A stretch of 64,000 nucleotides of DNA from Macrostomum lignano (Eukaryota): NCBI GenBank assembly GCA_002269645.1, contig NIVC01002087.1:141949-205948 (forward strand), written 5' to 3'. A program made the position numbers and the translations under genes. A model generated the notes under the pieces. It saw only the letters and a program-made list of their open reading frames with translations, did not search any database and was not told where the DNA came from. Position 1 is the first letter of the stretch. The number at the start of each line of letters is the position of its first letter. Of this stretch, positions 25,792-39,344 are shown one piece after another.

Positions 25792-25970
25792 CAGGTGACG
25801 CCAGTCCGGTTGCTTCATCAAGTTGACTAGCAATGCCGAAGCCTCCAAGTTTAACTGGCGCAGAATTCTCTTTAGAGTGCAGCAGTACGCAGTGAGGTTT
25901 TAGATCGCGGTGCACTATACCGTGACTATGACAGTAGCGCATGGCCTCGAGGATTTGACGCATGTAGTGC
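25792..25970 (-). CDS. CASK: CASK exon 5 ([45 protein letters not shown]...)
   Basis: Carries the CASK-diagnostic atypical kinase motifs HRDxKPHC and GFG in place of DFG. AG/GT boundaries in phase. Confidence 0.96.
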
Positions 25971-26034
25971 CTGCAATTTTAAATCGAGAATCACCGATTT
26001 TGGCCCTCTCTGACGTCTAGGGTTTCGACTCGTT

Positions 26035-29000
26035 TGACACCCCGATTTAGACTCATCTGACACCCCGATTTAGACTCATCTGACACCCCGATTTAGACTC
26101 ATCTGACACCCCGATTTAGACTCATTCGACACCCCGATTTAGACTCATCTGACACCCCGATTTAGACTCATTCGACACCCCGATTTAGACTCATCTGACA
26201 CCCCGATTTAGACTCATCTGACACCCCGATTTAGACTCATCTGACACCCCGATTTAGACTCATCTGACACCCCGATTTAGACTCATCTGATACCTCGATT
26301 TAGACCCATCTGACACCCCGATTTAGACTCATCTGACACCCCGATTTAGACTCATCTGACACCCCGATTTAGACTCATCTGACACCCCGATTTAGACTCA
26401 TCTGACACCCCGATTTAGACTCATCTGACACCCCGATTTAGACTCATCTGACACCCCGATTTAGACTCATCTGACACCCCGATTTAGACTCATCTGACAC
26501 CCCGATTTAGACTCATCTGATACCCCGATTTAGACTCATCTGACACCCCGATTTAGACTCATCTGATACCCCGATTTAGACTCATCTGATACCCCGATTT
26601 AGACTCATCTGACACCCCGATTTAGACTCATCTGACACCCCGATTTAGACTCATCTGACACCCCGATTTAGACTCATCTGACACCCCGATTTAGACTCAT
26701 CTGACACCCCGATTTAGACTCATTCGACACCCCGATTTAGACTCATCTGACACCCCGATTTAGACTCATCTGACACCCCGATTTAGACTCATCTGACACC
26801 CCGATTTAGACTCATCTGACACCCCGATTTAGACTCATCTGACACCCCGATTTAGACTCATCTGATACCCCGATTTAGACTCATCTGACACCCCAATTTA
26901 GACTCATCTGATACCCCGATTTAGACTCATCTGATACCCCGATTTAGACTCATCTGATACCCCGATTTAGACTCATCTGACACCCCGATTTAGACTCATC
27001 TGACACCCCGATTAAGACCCATCTGACACCCCGATTTAGACTCATCTGACACCCCGATTTAGACTCATCTGACACCCCGATTTAGACCCATCTGACACCC
27101 CGATTTAGACTCATCTGATACCTCGATTTAGACCCATTTGATACCCCAATTTAGACTCATCGGACACCCCGATTTAGACTCATCTGACACCCCGATTTAG
27201 ACTCATCTGACACCCCGATTTAGACTCATCTGATACCCCGATTTAGACTCATTCGACACCCCGATTTAGACTCATCTGACACCCCGATTTAGACTCATCT
27301 GACACCCCGATTTAGACTCATCTGACACCCCGATTTAGACTCATCTGACACCCCGATTTAGACTCATCTGATACCCCGATTTAGACTCATCTGATACCTC
27401 GATTTAGACCCATCTGACACCCCGATTTAGACTCATCTGATACCTCGATTTAGACCCATTTGATACCCCAATTTAGACTCATCTGACACCCCGATTTAGA
27501 CTCATCTGACACCCCGATTTAGACTCATCTGATACCTCGATTTAGACTCATCTGATACCCCGATTTAGACTCATCTGACACCCCGATTTAGACTCATCTG
27601 ACACCCCGATTTAGACTCATCTGATACCTCGATTTAGACCCATTTGATACCCCAATTTAGACTCATCTGATACCCCGATTTAGACTCATTTGATGCCCCG
27701 ATTTAGACTCATCTGACACCCCAATTTAGACTCATCTGACACCCCGATTTAGACTCATCTGATACCCCGATTTAGACTCATTTGATACCCCGATTTAGAC
27801 TCATCTGACACCCCGATTTAGACTCATCTGACACCCCGATTTAGACTCATCTGACACCCCGATTTAGACTCATCTGACACCCCGATTTAGACTCATCTGA
27901 CACCCGATTTAGACTCATCTGACACCCCGATTTAGACTCATCTGACACCCCGATTTAGACTCATCTGACACCCCGATTTAGACTCATCTGACACCCCGAT
28001 TTAGACTCATCTGACACCCCGATTTAGACTCATCTGACACCCCGATTTAGACTCATCTGACACCCCGATTTAGACTCATCTGATACCCCGATTTAGACTC
28101 ATCTGACACCCCAATTTAGACTCATCTGATACCCCGATTTAGACTCATCTGATACCCCGATTTAGACTCATCTGATACCCGATTTAGACTCATCTGACAC
28201 CCCGATTTAGACTCATCTGACACCCCGATTTAGACCCATCTGACACCCCGATTTAGACTCATCTGACACCCCGATTTAGACTCATCTGACACCCCGATTT
28301 AGACCCATCTGACACCCCGATTTAGACTCATCTGATACCTCGATTTAGACCCATTTGATACCCCAATTTAGACTCATCGGACACCCCGATTTAGACTCAT
28401 CTGACACCCCGATTTAGACTCATCTGACACCCCGATTTAGACTCATCTGATACCCCGATTTAGACTCATTCGACACCCCGATTTAGACTCATCTGACACC
28501 CCGATTTAGACTCATCTGACACCCCGATTTAGACTCATCTGACACCCCGATTTAGACTCATCTGACACCCCGATTTAGACTCATCTGATACCCCGATTTA
28601 GACTCATCTGATACCTCGATTTAGACCCATCTGACACCCCGATTTAGACTCATCTGATACCTCGATTTAGACCCATTTGATACCCCAATTTAGACTCATC
28701 TGACACCCCGATTTAGACTCATCTGACACCCCGATTTAGACTCATCTGATACCTCGATTTAGACTCATCTGATACCCCGATTTAGACTCATCTGACACCC
28801 CGATTTAGACTCATCTGACACCCCGATTTAGACTCATCTGATACCTCGATTTAGACCCATTTGATACCCCAATTTAGACTCATCTGATACCCCGATTTAG
28901 ACTCATCTGACACCCCGATTTAGACTCATCTGACACCCCAATTTAGACTCATCTGACACCCCGATTTAGACTCATCTGATACCCCGATTTAGACTCATCT

Positions 29001-29482
29001 GACACCCCAATTTAGACTCATCTGATACCCCGATTTAGACTCATCTGATACCCCGATTTAGACTCATCTGATACCTCGATTTAGACCCATCTGACACCCC
29101 GATTTAGACTCATCTGATACCTCGATTTAGACCCATTTGATACCCCAATTTAGACTCATCTGACACCCCGATTTAGACTCATCTGACACCCCGATTTAGA
29201 CTCATCTGATACCTCGATTTAGACTCATCTGATACCCCGATTTAGACTCATCTGACACCCCGATTTAGACTCATCTGACACCCCGATTTAGACTCATCTG
29301 ATACCTCGATTTAGACCCATTTGATACCCCAATTTAGACTCATCTGATACCCCGATTTAGACTCATTTGATGCCCCGATTTAGACTCATCTGACACCCCA
29401 ATTTAGACTCATCTGACACCCCGATTTAGACTCATCTGATACCCCGATTTAGACTCATTTGATACCCCGATTTAGACTCATT
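26035..29482 (+). repeat. 23-bp minisatellite GACACCCCGATTTAGACTCATCT (~3.4 kb), filling most of CASK intron 4
   Basis: Direct reading; ~1.2-kb internal block duplication. Confidence 0.98.
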
Positions 29483-29533
29483 GCTTATTTAAACTCATTT
29501 CTAAGTTTCTAAGTATACACAGATGGCACTCAC

Positions 29534-29611
29534 ATGGCAACACTTTCGCTGAACACGAATCCAGAAGTGGCTCGTTTGACAATTTCGAAACACAGGTCCG
29601 AGCCGTCCATG
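29534..29611 (-). CDS. CASK: CASK exon 4 ([25 protein letters not shown])
   Basis: Matches [29 protein letters not shown]. ttcag acceptor, GTGAGT donor, phases 2/2. Confidence 0.95.
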
Positions 29612-29837
29612 CTGAATATAGAGATAGAGAAATGAAACAAAGTAAAATTTAACAGTCATCTGTGGTTTGATGCTGTAAAAATTCTCTAAAGTTGCTCAAA
29701 TTGACATTAATTAATCATTTTTCTTCCCTTTGAAAACAAGATATATTCTTCGTGACAATTAATCGCATAAATATTGCTTCCAAAAGTAGCTGATATGATA
29801 GTTTAAGGCAATGTGTGTGATACATGTAGCACCAGTT

Positions 29838-30532
29838 AGATCTTAGAAAATCGGGATTCAGGAAACGGAATCTTAGAAAATCAGGATTTAGGAAACGGGA
29901 TCTTAGAAAATCGGGATTCGGAAAGGGGGATCTTGGAAAAATCGGGATTCGGGAAGCGATAGCTTAGAAAATCGGGATTCGGGAAGCGATAGCTTAGAAA
30001 ATCGGGATTCGGGAAGCGATAGCTTAGAAAATCGGGATTCGGGAAGCGGGATCTTAGAATAATCGGGATTCGGAAAGCGGGATCTTAGAAAAATCGGGAT
30101 TCGGAAAGCGATAGCTTAGAAAATCGGGATTCCGAAAGCGGTAGCATAGAAAATCGGGATTCGGGAATCGATAGCTTAGAAAATCGGGATTCGGGAAGTA
30201 ATAGCTTAGAAAATCAGAATTCGGAAAGCGATAGCTTAGAAAATCATGATTTGGAAAGCGATAGCTCAGAAAATCGGGATTCGGGAAGCGATAGCTTAGA
30301 AAATCGGGATTCGGGAAGCGGTAGCTTAGAAAATCGGGATTCGGGAAGCGGTAGCTTCGAAAATCGGGATTCGGAAAGCGGGATCTTAGAAAATCGGGAT
30401 TCGGGAAGCGGGATCTTAGAAAATCGGGATTCGGAAAGCGGGATCTTAGAATAATCGGGATTCGGAAAGCGGGATCTTAGAAAATCTGGATTCGGAAAGC
30501 GGGATCTTAGAAAATCGGGATTCGGGAAGCGA
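29838..30532 (+). repeat. 30-bp minisatellite GCTTAGAAAATCGGGATTCGGGAAGCGATA
   Basis: Direct reading. Confidence 0.95.
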
Positions 30533-31134
30533 TCGGTCGGCAAGCCTGAATCTGAAAGCGAATACCAAATCAAGGATCGAGAGTTGGCACATTTTAGTAT
30601 CCAGAATTACTAATTGTCAAGAGTACGCCCGCATTACTACAAGAGCTAAGCTAAGACCATCACAAAGTATAGCTGGATGATGGGAGAAGAGAGTGGCTGG
30701 TCCACCAAAAAAGAGGACTGGCATTTCGCCAGCAAACGGACATCAAAAGAGCTAATTAATCGGAAGCGCGCGCGGATAGAGCAATCTCTTCTTATTCTTT
30801 TCGTCTTCTCCTGGGAGACGAAATTAGTATTGATAAGAAGATAACCTCCTCAGAGTCAGGTTCCGCTTAGCAACGCTCTCTCACTGACATCAGTCGCTCA
30901 TCTTGCGTTTTCTCTCCTTCAGTCGTTGCCTCAAATTTTCTTCTAAGTAAGATAGAGAGTCGAGAGACAGCTAGCCCAGTTCAGACAAATAGTCCTTGGA
31001 GATGGAGAGGTCAAACTAGATCTGCCTTCTAATGGAAGAAGAAGCCTGACAAATCAGCTTTTAATGTTTAAAAGAAATGTCATGCAACAGATTCATAAAA
31101 GGTCTAGATGATTACATCAAGGGCAACAGATAAT

Positions 31135-31338
31135 CTGTAACCGGATGTCCATACACTGTACCTGGATGCCCAGATACTGCCCTGGGTGTACCCGGATATA
31201 TAGAAATAGCCATGGGTGTACCCGGATGTACAGACACTGTCAGTGTACCCGGATGCACAGACACTGTTAGTGTATCTGGATGTACAGACACTGTCGGTGT
31301 ACCCGAATGTACAGCCACTGTCAGTGTACCCGGATGTA
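31135..31338 (+). repeat. 27-bp minisatellite CCCGGATGTACAGACACTGTCAGTGTA
   Basis: Direct reading; about 7 degenerate copies. Confidence 0.85.
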
Positions 31339-31624
31339 ACAGAGCACTTAGAATTATAGTAAATTAAGAATTATGTTGACGTGTACTCTTTAGCTGTCTT
31401 GCAGTGAGATTAAGCTAGATCCTAAAAGCACGCAAAATCAAGTCGACTCGCGGCCTAGCAGATTTGTTTAACCTGTGTTGGATTAACATCAAAGGCGCTG
31501 ATGAATTTTGAATCAGATTAGCTCTATGGAAATTCGAAACTTGTTGACTAAAGAAAACACGGCAGAACTGTACTTCATAATGCTTCGCTTCTGCCTCTTT
31601 AAGCAATTTATTGTCAACCAACAT

Positions 31625-32255
31625 ATTGGCGCCGATTCAAAGTCAAAACCGACATTTGGCGCCAATTCAAAGTCACAACCGACATTTGGCGCCAATTCAA
31701 AGTCACAACCGACATTTGGCGCCAATTAAAAGTCACAACGACATTTGGCGCCAATTAAAAGTCACAACGACATTTGGCGCGAATTCAAAGTCAAAACCGA
31801 AATTTGGCGCCAATTCAAAATCAGAACCGACATTTGGCGCTAATTCAAAGTAAAAGTCAAAACCAACATTTCGGCGCCAATTCAAAGTCAAAACCGACAC
31901 TTTGGCAACAATTCAAAGTCAAAACCGACATTTTGGCGCAATTCAAAGTCGAAACCGACATTTCGGCGCCAATTCAAAGTCAAAACCGACACTTTGGCAC
32001 CAATTCAAAGTCAAAACCTACATTTTGGCGCCAATTCAAAGTCGAAACCGACATTTCGGCGCCAATTCAAATTCGAAACCGACATTTCGGCGCCAATTCA
32101 AAGTCGAAACCGACATTTCGGCGCCAATTCAAAGTCAAAACCGACATTTTGGCACCAATTAAAAATCAAAACCGACATTTTGGCACCAATTCAAAGTAAA
32201 AGTAGAAAGCGACATTTAATTGGCCCTAAGTCAAAAGCGACATTTTGGCGCCAAT
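31625..32255 (+). repeat. 30-31-bp minisatellite GACATTTGGCGCCAATTCAAAGTCAAAACC
   Basis: Direct reading. Confidence 0.93.
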
Positions 32256-32514
32256 TTTGAGTCAACAGGCCCTCTGCCTCCAGTCCTCTATATTCGCGCG
32301 GTCCCTGACTACAGCTTAACAGTGTCCTTGACTGGATTAGAAGCGTAGCTAACTTATACTAAATTACTCAAGCGTCTTGATTAGGCATGCGAATTGCGTG
32401 ACTTTTATGAAAGCCTTTCTCGTGGCTACAGCCCATAGCCAGTTAAATCTATCAGTGGCGCATGCAGGCCCCATTCTTAAAGGGCGGCAGTACTTGTGGC
32501 ACCTTTGTTGACGA

Positions 32515-33210
32515 CCCTGTCTCTTCAGGTGGGCGTCCCTGTCTCTTCAGGTGGGCGGCCCCTGTCTCTTCAGGTGGGTTGCCCCTGTCTCTTCAGGTGG
32601 GCGTCCCTGTCTCTTCGGGTGGGTTGCCCCTGTCTCTTCGGGTGGGTTGCCCCTGTCTCTTCGGGTGGGTTGCCCCTGTCTCTTCGGGTGGGTTGCCCCT
32701 GTCTCTTCGGGTGGGTTGCCCCTGTCTCTTCAGGTGGGTTGCCCCTGTCTCTTCGGGTGGGTTGCCCCTGTCTCTTCAGGTGGGTTGCCCCTGTCTCTTC
32801 GGGTGGGTTGCCCCTGTCTCTTCGGGTGGGTTGCCCCTGTCTCTTCAGGTGGGTTGCCCCTGTCTCTTCGGGTGGGTTGCCCCTGTCTCTTCGGGTGGGC
32901 GTCCCTGTCTCTTCAGGTGGGCGTCCCTGTCTCTTCAGGTGGGCGCCCCTGTCTCTTCAGGTGGGCGTCCCTGTCTCTTCAGGTGGGCGCCCCTGTCTCT
33001 TCAGGTGGGCGTCCCTGTCTCTTCAGGTGGGCGTCCCTGTCTCTTCAGGTGGGCGCCCCTGTCTCTTCAGGTGGGCGCCCCTGTCTCTTCAGGTGGGCGC
33101 CCCTGTCTCTTCAGGTGGGCGCCCCTGTCTCTTCACCCTGTCTCTTCAGGTGGGCGCCCCTGTCTCTTCACCCTGTCTCTTCAGTTGGGCGCCCCTGTCT
33201 CTTCAGGTGG
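32515..33210 (+). repeat. Second array of the TGTCTCTTCAGGTGGG 22-23-bp family
   Basis: Same core as 15264-17104. Confidence 0.95.
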
Positions 33211-33764
33211 GAAAACTGGGATCTGAGATGAAGATATGCTGGCATCTGTGATCAAATATTAAATCTGGGATGAAGTCAAGGTTCAATCAATAAATAAGTG
33301 TGCAGAATTACTGACAGCGGAAAGTGACATCTAAATAATATAAATGGATTTTATTGCAATTTTCGCGTGGCAGCCAAATATTTTCAAAGGAACTTTTCGA
33401 TTTTGACAACGTCTAGGCAACATTATAAGCTTAAATTCAATTTCTTTTCCTATCTATAGTCAATCTAGCTTGTTAATAATATGCAGATTAGTGTGGATTT
33501 CTCGTGTTAAGGCAATCTGGGTATTTTTTCTTCGGGATAGTAGTTTGAGGGCGTCGATTTAGGCTGGCTAGCTTCGGTTGATAAGTTACGAAAGGTTTGT
33601 GATGACAAAATCAGAGTGTTTTTGTTTAGATTTTCTATACGCTGTTTTTTGGATTGCTTTCGAGATTGTATTGTATTACAATTGCCTTAATTCATGGTGG
33701 CTTGTGATTTCATTAGTAAGGGTATTTTATAGCGATTACTGTTGGTAGTTTATGGCGATTAGTG

Positions 33765-34235
33765 GAGGTAGTTTATGGTAATTAGCTTGTGTAGTTTATG
33801 GCAATTAGCTTGGGTAGTTCATGGCAATTAGCTTTGATAGTTTATGGCCATTAGCTTGGATAGTTTATGGCAATTAGCTTGGGTAGTTTTATGTCAATTA
33901 ACTCGAGTAGTTAATGACAGTTATCTTGGATAGTTTATGGCAATTAGCTTGGGTAGTTTTATGTCAATTAGCTTGGGTAGTGTTCATGGCAATTAGCTCG
34001 GGTAGTTCATGGCAATTAGCTTCGATTGTTTATGGCCATTAGCTTGGGTAGTTTATGGCAATTAGCTTGGGTAGATCATGGCAATTAGCTTTGATTGTTT
34101 ATGGCCATTAGCTTGGGTAGTTTATGGCAATTAGCTTGGGTAGTTCATGGCAGTTAGCTCGGGTAGTTAATGACAGTTAGCTTGGATAGTTTATGGCAAT
34201 TAGCTTGGATAGTTTATGGCAATTAGCTTGAGTAG
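33765..34235 (+). repeat. 23-bp minisatellite GGCAATTAGCTTGGGTAGTTTAT
   Basis: Direct reading. Confidence 0.92.
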
Positions 34236-34679
34236 TTTAAAGCGGTAGCTGAGTTAAGGGCAAGAGCTTTCTTGGACTTTTTTTCTGGGCAAATTCTACG
34301 CTCATTTAAGCTTCTAAGGTTTATAATGTACTTTCAACCTATTATTTTTTTCACAACGGTAAAACAACTCACCAGCATTCGTGCATTCGTTTCAGACGAT
34401 CCATATGTACTTAGTTCGATGCAATTCTGTTTCACAATCTGGTGACTCAGCCAAAATTTACAAGGATTTTTAAATATTTTATAAGAAAGCACACCCACAG
34501 TCTGTAAGGCAATTTCCACCAATCAACGCAGCTCTAAGCTATAAAAAGAGAGTTCCAATTTAAAACGATTTTTGTTTCTTTTTTATATCCGACTGCTCTA
34601 CTTGAAGTAGAAACATACAAAAAATACTCTAATATTTATTGATCGATACAAAAACATTCTGTATTATAAATAAGCTGAG

Positions 34680-35262
34680 AAAGAGAGACGAAAGAGGCAG
34701 AGAAGGAGGGACACAAGAGGCAGAGAAGGAGAGACACAAGAGGCAGAGAAGAAGAGACACTAGAGGCAGAGAAGAAGAGACACAATTGGCAGAGAAGAAG
34801 AGACACTAGAGGCAGAGAAGAAAAGACACAATTGGCAGAGAAGAAGAGACACAAGAGGCAGAGAAGAAGAGACACGAGAGGCAGAGAAGAAGAGACACGA
34901 GAGGCAGAGAAGAAGAGACACGAGAGGGAGAGAAAGAGAGACACGAGAGGCAGAGAAGAAGAGACACGAGAGGCAGAGAAAGAAAGACACGAGAGGCAGA
35001 GAAGAAGAGACACAAGAGGCAGAGAAGAAGAGATACAAGAGTCAGAGAAGGAGAGACACAAGAGTCAGAGAAGAAGAGACACGAGAGGCAGAGAGAAGAG
35101 ACACAAGAGTCAGAGAAGAAGAGACACGAGAGGCAGAGAAGAAGAGACACAAGAGTCAGAGAAGAAGAAACACAACAAGCAGGGAAGAAGAGACACAAGA
35201 GGCAGAGAAGAAGAGACACAACAAGCAGGGAAGAAGAGACACAAGAGGCAGAGAAGAGACAG
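34680..35262 (+). repeat. ~23-bp purine-rich minisatellite GAGGCAGAGAAGAAGAGACAC(A/G)A
   Basis: Direct reading. Confidence 0.93.
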
Positions 35263-35954
35263 TACAACATGCAATAACATACATAATAGGAGGCTAAATT
35301 GGCAAAATTCCAATTCTAGCTCTGCTATCGCTACTTCTCGGTTAATGGCTCTGGAGTTTATGCACAAAAATATACACATAAACTTGTGTACATACAGACA
35401 GACGCAGACACACAGAGCCTTCAGCGCTCTACCCCGCCCCACCCCGATGCTGCTATGCACACATTTAACTAATTGATCATTTCGGCGAAGTGAATCTACT
35501 CAAGACTAGTAGAGCTGCTATATAGAGAGGGGATGCGAGCGCCGAGGGGCAGGGGAGAGAGAGAGTGTGGTAAGGATTCAGAGAGAGTCCAAGCAGTTTA
35601 GTAGCGATTCGACCTCAAATAAGGAAGAGGAGGCGAAGGTTCGAACCGCCCTGAGAGGTTTAGGAGGGGGGGGTTGAGGTGGCCCGAGTAAGGGAGAGAG
35701 AGAGCCCCGCTCCAGGGAGACACGCCAGGCGTGAGGAAATAATTCGAGTTCGAGACCGTAGTAGCCCGTCAGATTGTGTATAAGTCCTTAATCCTTATCT
35801 GTCTCTCTCTCACCCCGTTTCTATGCTTACCTGCTTAAAACTCCCTGCCTTCTGTCCGTGCGTCTTTCTGCTTCACGCGGGGCTCCAGGGGTTGATAGGG
35901 AGACGGATAATTATCCGTCTGATTAGCGGATGGTTAAACCAGAGTGAGGCTCCC

Positions 35955-36545
35955 TTCCTCTCCCCGCCTCTGTCTACCCTCTCTCCCTCTCCTCCCCTCT
36001 TTCTCCCTCCCTCCCCTCTCCCTCCCTCTTTCCCCTCTCCCCTCTTTCTCCCTCCCCTCTCCCTCTCCCTCCCTCTCTCTCTCTCCCTCCCCTCTCTCCC
36101 TCTCCCTCCCCTCTCTCCCTCTCCCTCCCCTCTCTCCTCTCCCTCCCCTCTCTCCCTCTCCCTCCCTCTCTCCCTCTCCCTCCCTCTCTCCCTCTCCCTC
36201 CCTCTCTCCCTCTCCCTCCCTCTCTCCCTCTCCTCCCCTCTCTCTCCCTCCCCTCTCTCCTCTCCCTCCCCTCTCTCCCTCTCCCTCCCCTCTCTCTCCC
36301 TCCCTCTCTCCCTCTCCCTCCCCTCTCTCCCTCTCCCTCCCCTCTCTCCTTCTCCCTCCCTCTCTCCCTCCCCTCTCTCCCTCTCCCTCCCCTCTCTCCC
36401 TCTCCCTCCCCTCTCTCTCTCCCTCCCCTCTCTCCCTCTCCCTCCCCTCTCTCCCTCTCCCTCCCCTCTCTCTCTCCTTCCCCTCTCTCTTTATATCCCC
36501 TCTCCATCTTTCCTTCCTCTCTCCATCTCTTTCCCTCTCTCCGTC
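35955..36545 (+). repeat. Homopyrimidine (CTCC/CT) tract, ~590 bp
   Basis: Almost exclusively C and T. Confidence 0.95.
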
Positions 36546-36999
36546 TCATTTCGGTTTCCCCTATTTAATTTAGCCAACATCTCAAATTACATGGACAGAA
36601 AATAATCCAGACCCTCTTAAGAAGTTTCCTTTATAAAATTTCCCTTTTTCTATCTTGTTTTCAAACTGAGTATAAAGTTTATAGCAACGTTGACCTTAAA
36701 TAGTTTGTGTCGAAATGATAGCTAGTAATAGTCTATTTATATGTGATGATATAATTTCATAATTATATGCATTGAAATTAGGTCAATCTTTTTTGTATAA
36801 GGTTGAATTGACTATAGTCATTGCTGGCATCACGTGATCAGTGCTTTTTGTTTATCCCAACTGGCTATTATCGAAATTAGGCAGGCGGAAAGGAGGAACA
36901 CGTGATATGAGAAAGTGAGGAATAAATATGGAACACAAACAAGATAGAGATGGAGCAGAGAAACTGGGACGCAGACACAATAGAGGACAAAGATGTTTA

Positions 37000-37675
37000 A
37001 ACAGACAGACAAAACAGACAGAAATAGACGTGCGGACACAGACGCAGACAGACACAGACAGTCACAGACACAGACACAGAGGCAGACACAGATATACACA
37101 GACACAGACACAGACGCAGACAGACACAGACAGACAGAGACGCAGACACAGACACAGACACAGCCACAGACACAGACACAGACGCAGACACAGACACAGA
37201 CACAGCCACAGACACAGACGCAGACACAGACACAGACACAGACACAGCCACAGACACAGACGCAGACACAGACACAGCCACAGCCACAGCCACAGACACA
37301 GACACAGACAGTCAGACACAGACGCAGACACAGACAGTCAGACACAGACGCAGACACAGACAGACACAGACACAGACACAGACACAGACGCAGACACAGA
37401 CAGACACAGACACAGCAACAGCCACAGACACAGACGCAGACAGAGACAGACACAGACACAGACGCAGACACAGACAGACACAGACGCAGACACAGACACA
37501 GACGCAGACACAGACACAGACGCAGACATAGACAGACACAGACGCAGACACAGACACAGACACAGACACAGACGCAGACACAGACAGACGCAGACACAGA
37601 CAGACACAGACACAGACGCAGACACAGACACAGACGCAGACACAGACACAGACAGCTACAGACACAGACAGACTG
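37000..37675 (+). repeat. (CAGACA)n / GACA compound microsatellite
   Basis: Direct reading. Confidence 0.96.
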
Positions 37676-38204
37676 ACAAAGGAACAGTTAAAATACGCCT
37701 GAAAATTCAAGAATTAAGATAGAAAAATAGAAAATCCCAAGACCACTTGTGGGTGTTAGGAAAGAGGAAGAAAGTAAAGAGAAAGTCATGAGAAAGATAG
37801 AGAAGTCAAAAAGTACTGAGCGACCCGAGTGATTTCACGAGATAACAGGCTGAATCACGTGATTTCTTAGCAAAAAATCAGCCACTAATGATTAACAGCA
37901 TATACAGCCTATTAGGCCATTGGACAGCGAAATCTGGGAACACTCATGTTCATTACGACTCGCCAAGGAAGAACTGGGTTCTGTTGATGGGTTGCCGCCT
38001 ATAGGCGAGCATGCAGCTGGTGCATGAGAGTCGCTAAAAATATTATTGAGAGACCAGACTTCCTTCTCAGTACGCAAGAGTCTGAACTAAAGGCGGGGCC
38101 CTTGATCTACGAGAGCATAGTAGCCGTGTCTCGCTGGCTCAGGGAAATTCCATAAACAAAGCGCGTGACTTTTGACGCGAAGCCCGATGAGTGTGTGCGT
38201 TTTT

Positions 38205-38790
38205 GAGTGGGTTTATGAGTAAGTTTATGAGTAACATTGAGTGAGTTTATGAGTAACATTGAGTGAGTTTATGAGTGACATTGAGTGAGTTTATGAGTAA
38301 CATTGAGTGAGTTTATGAGTAAGTTTAGTAGGAGTGAGTTTAAAGGTACATGTAAGTTTGAGTGAGTTTATGAGTTTATAAGTAAGTTTATTGCGTTTAT
38401 GAGTGAGTCTATAAGTGAGTTTTTGAGTAGGTTAATGAACAACTTTATGAGTGTGTTTATGAGTGAGTTTATGAGTAGGGTAATGAATGAGTTTTGAGCG
38501 AGTTTATGAGTAAATTTATGAGTAAGTTTATGAGTAATTTTATGAGTGAGTTTAAGTACGTTTATGAGTAATTTTATGAGTGAGTTTAAGTACGTTTATG
38601 AGTAATTTTATGAATGAGTTTATGAGTGAGTTTATGAGTAGGTTTTGAGTGAGTTTATGAGTGAGTTTATGAGTGAGTTTATGAGCGAGCCTATAAGTAC
38701 GTTTATGAGTAAGTTTATGAGTAAGTTTATGAGTGAGTTTATGAGTGAGTTTATGAGTGAGTTTATGAGTGAGTTTATAAATAGGTTTGT
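38205..38790 (+). repeat. 12-bp degenerate repeat GAGTGAGTTTAT
   Basis: Direct reading. Confidence 0.92.
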
Positions 38791-39344
38791 GAGTTAGTTA
38801 ATATTTTTTACCGCGAATTAACATGTCTATCAGTTCCTGACTGATTGACTGGGTTAAAAAAACAAAGAACGAATGATAACGCAAAAATTAAGGCTGAAAA
38901 GTGCGGGAGTATTATTGAGTCTCTTTCAAAGAAAAGTGGGTGTTTTTTTGAAAAAATATGCCAATTTCGGCCAACGTATCAAAATTGTCCAAATATTCCT
39001 TATTTGGAAAGTTCGACTCAAGAGTGCAGAAATGAATGTGTATCGTTATAAAACAATAATCTCTAAAATTTACGCTAAAAAACAAAGGTAAAGAGCTTAG
39101 AGTCTAGAGATGCAAATCCCCGAAAACTGGAAAATATTGACACTCCAACAGGTAATTGGCTTTTGCCAGTCGATGCTTATTTGTAAGGCAAATTTCACAA
39201 GCTCTGCTTATAGTGGCTGAGAAGTAAGCATAGAGAAGCAGGGGTTATTTAAGGACAAATAAGAGCTACTATGCGCATGATCCAACGGACCTATTTTTGA
39301 TGTACTTTTATCGGTTTCTTGCCCGTGTTATTTAAAAAGCCTGC

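Noticed and set aside
31415-31624. 69-aa minus-strand ORF as a CASK exon
   Set aside because: The CASK kinase sequence is already continuous between exons 3 and 4; no homology recognised.
34334-34522. ORF ending in a GTGAGT donor, superficially like [14 protein letters not shown]
   Set aside because: The true exon is at 44369-44474; inclusion of this segment would create a stop.
35638-35647. GGTTCGAACC B-box-like motif as a tRNA or SINE
   Set aside because: No cloverleaf or A-box could be built around it.
37892-38077. 61-aa ORF ending GCICC (lipidation-like)
   Set aside because: Short, TTG start, no other coding evidence.
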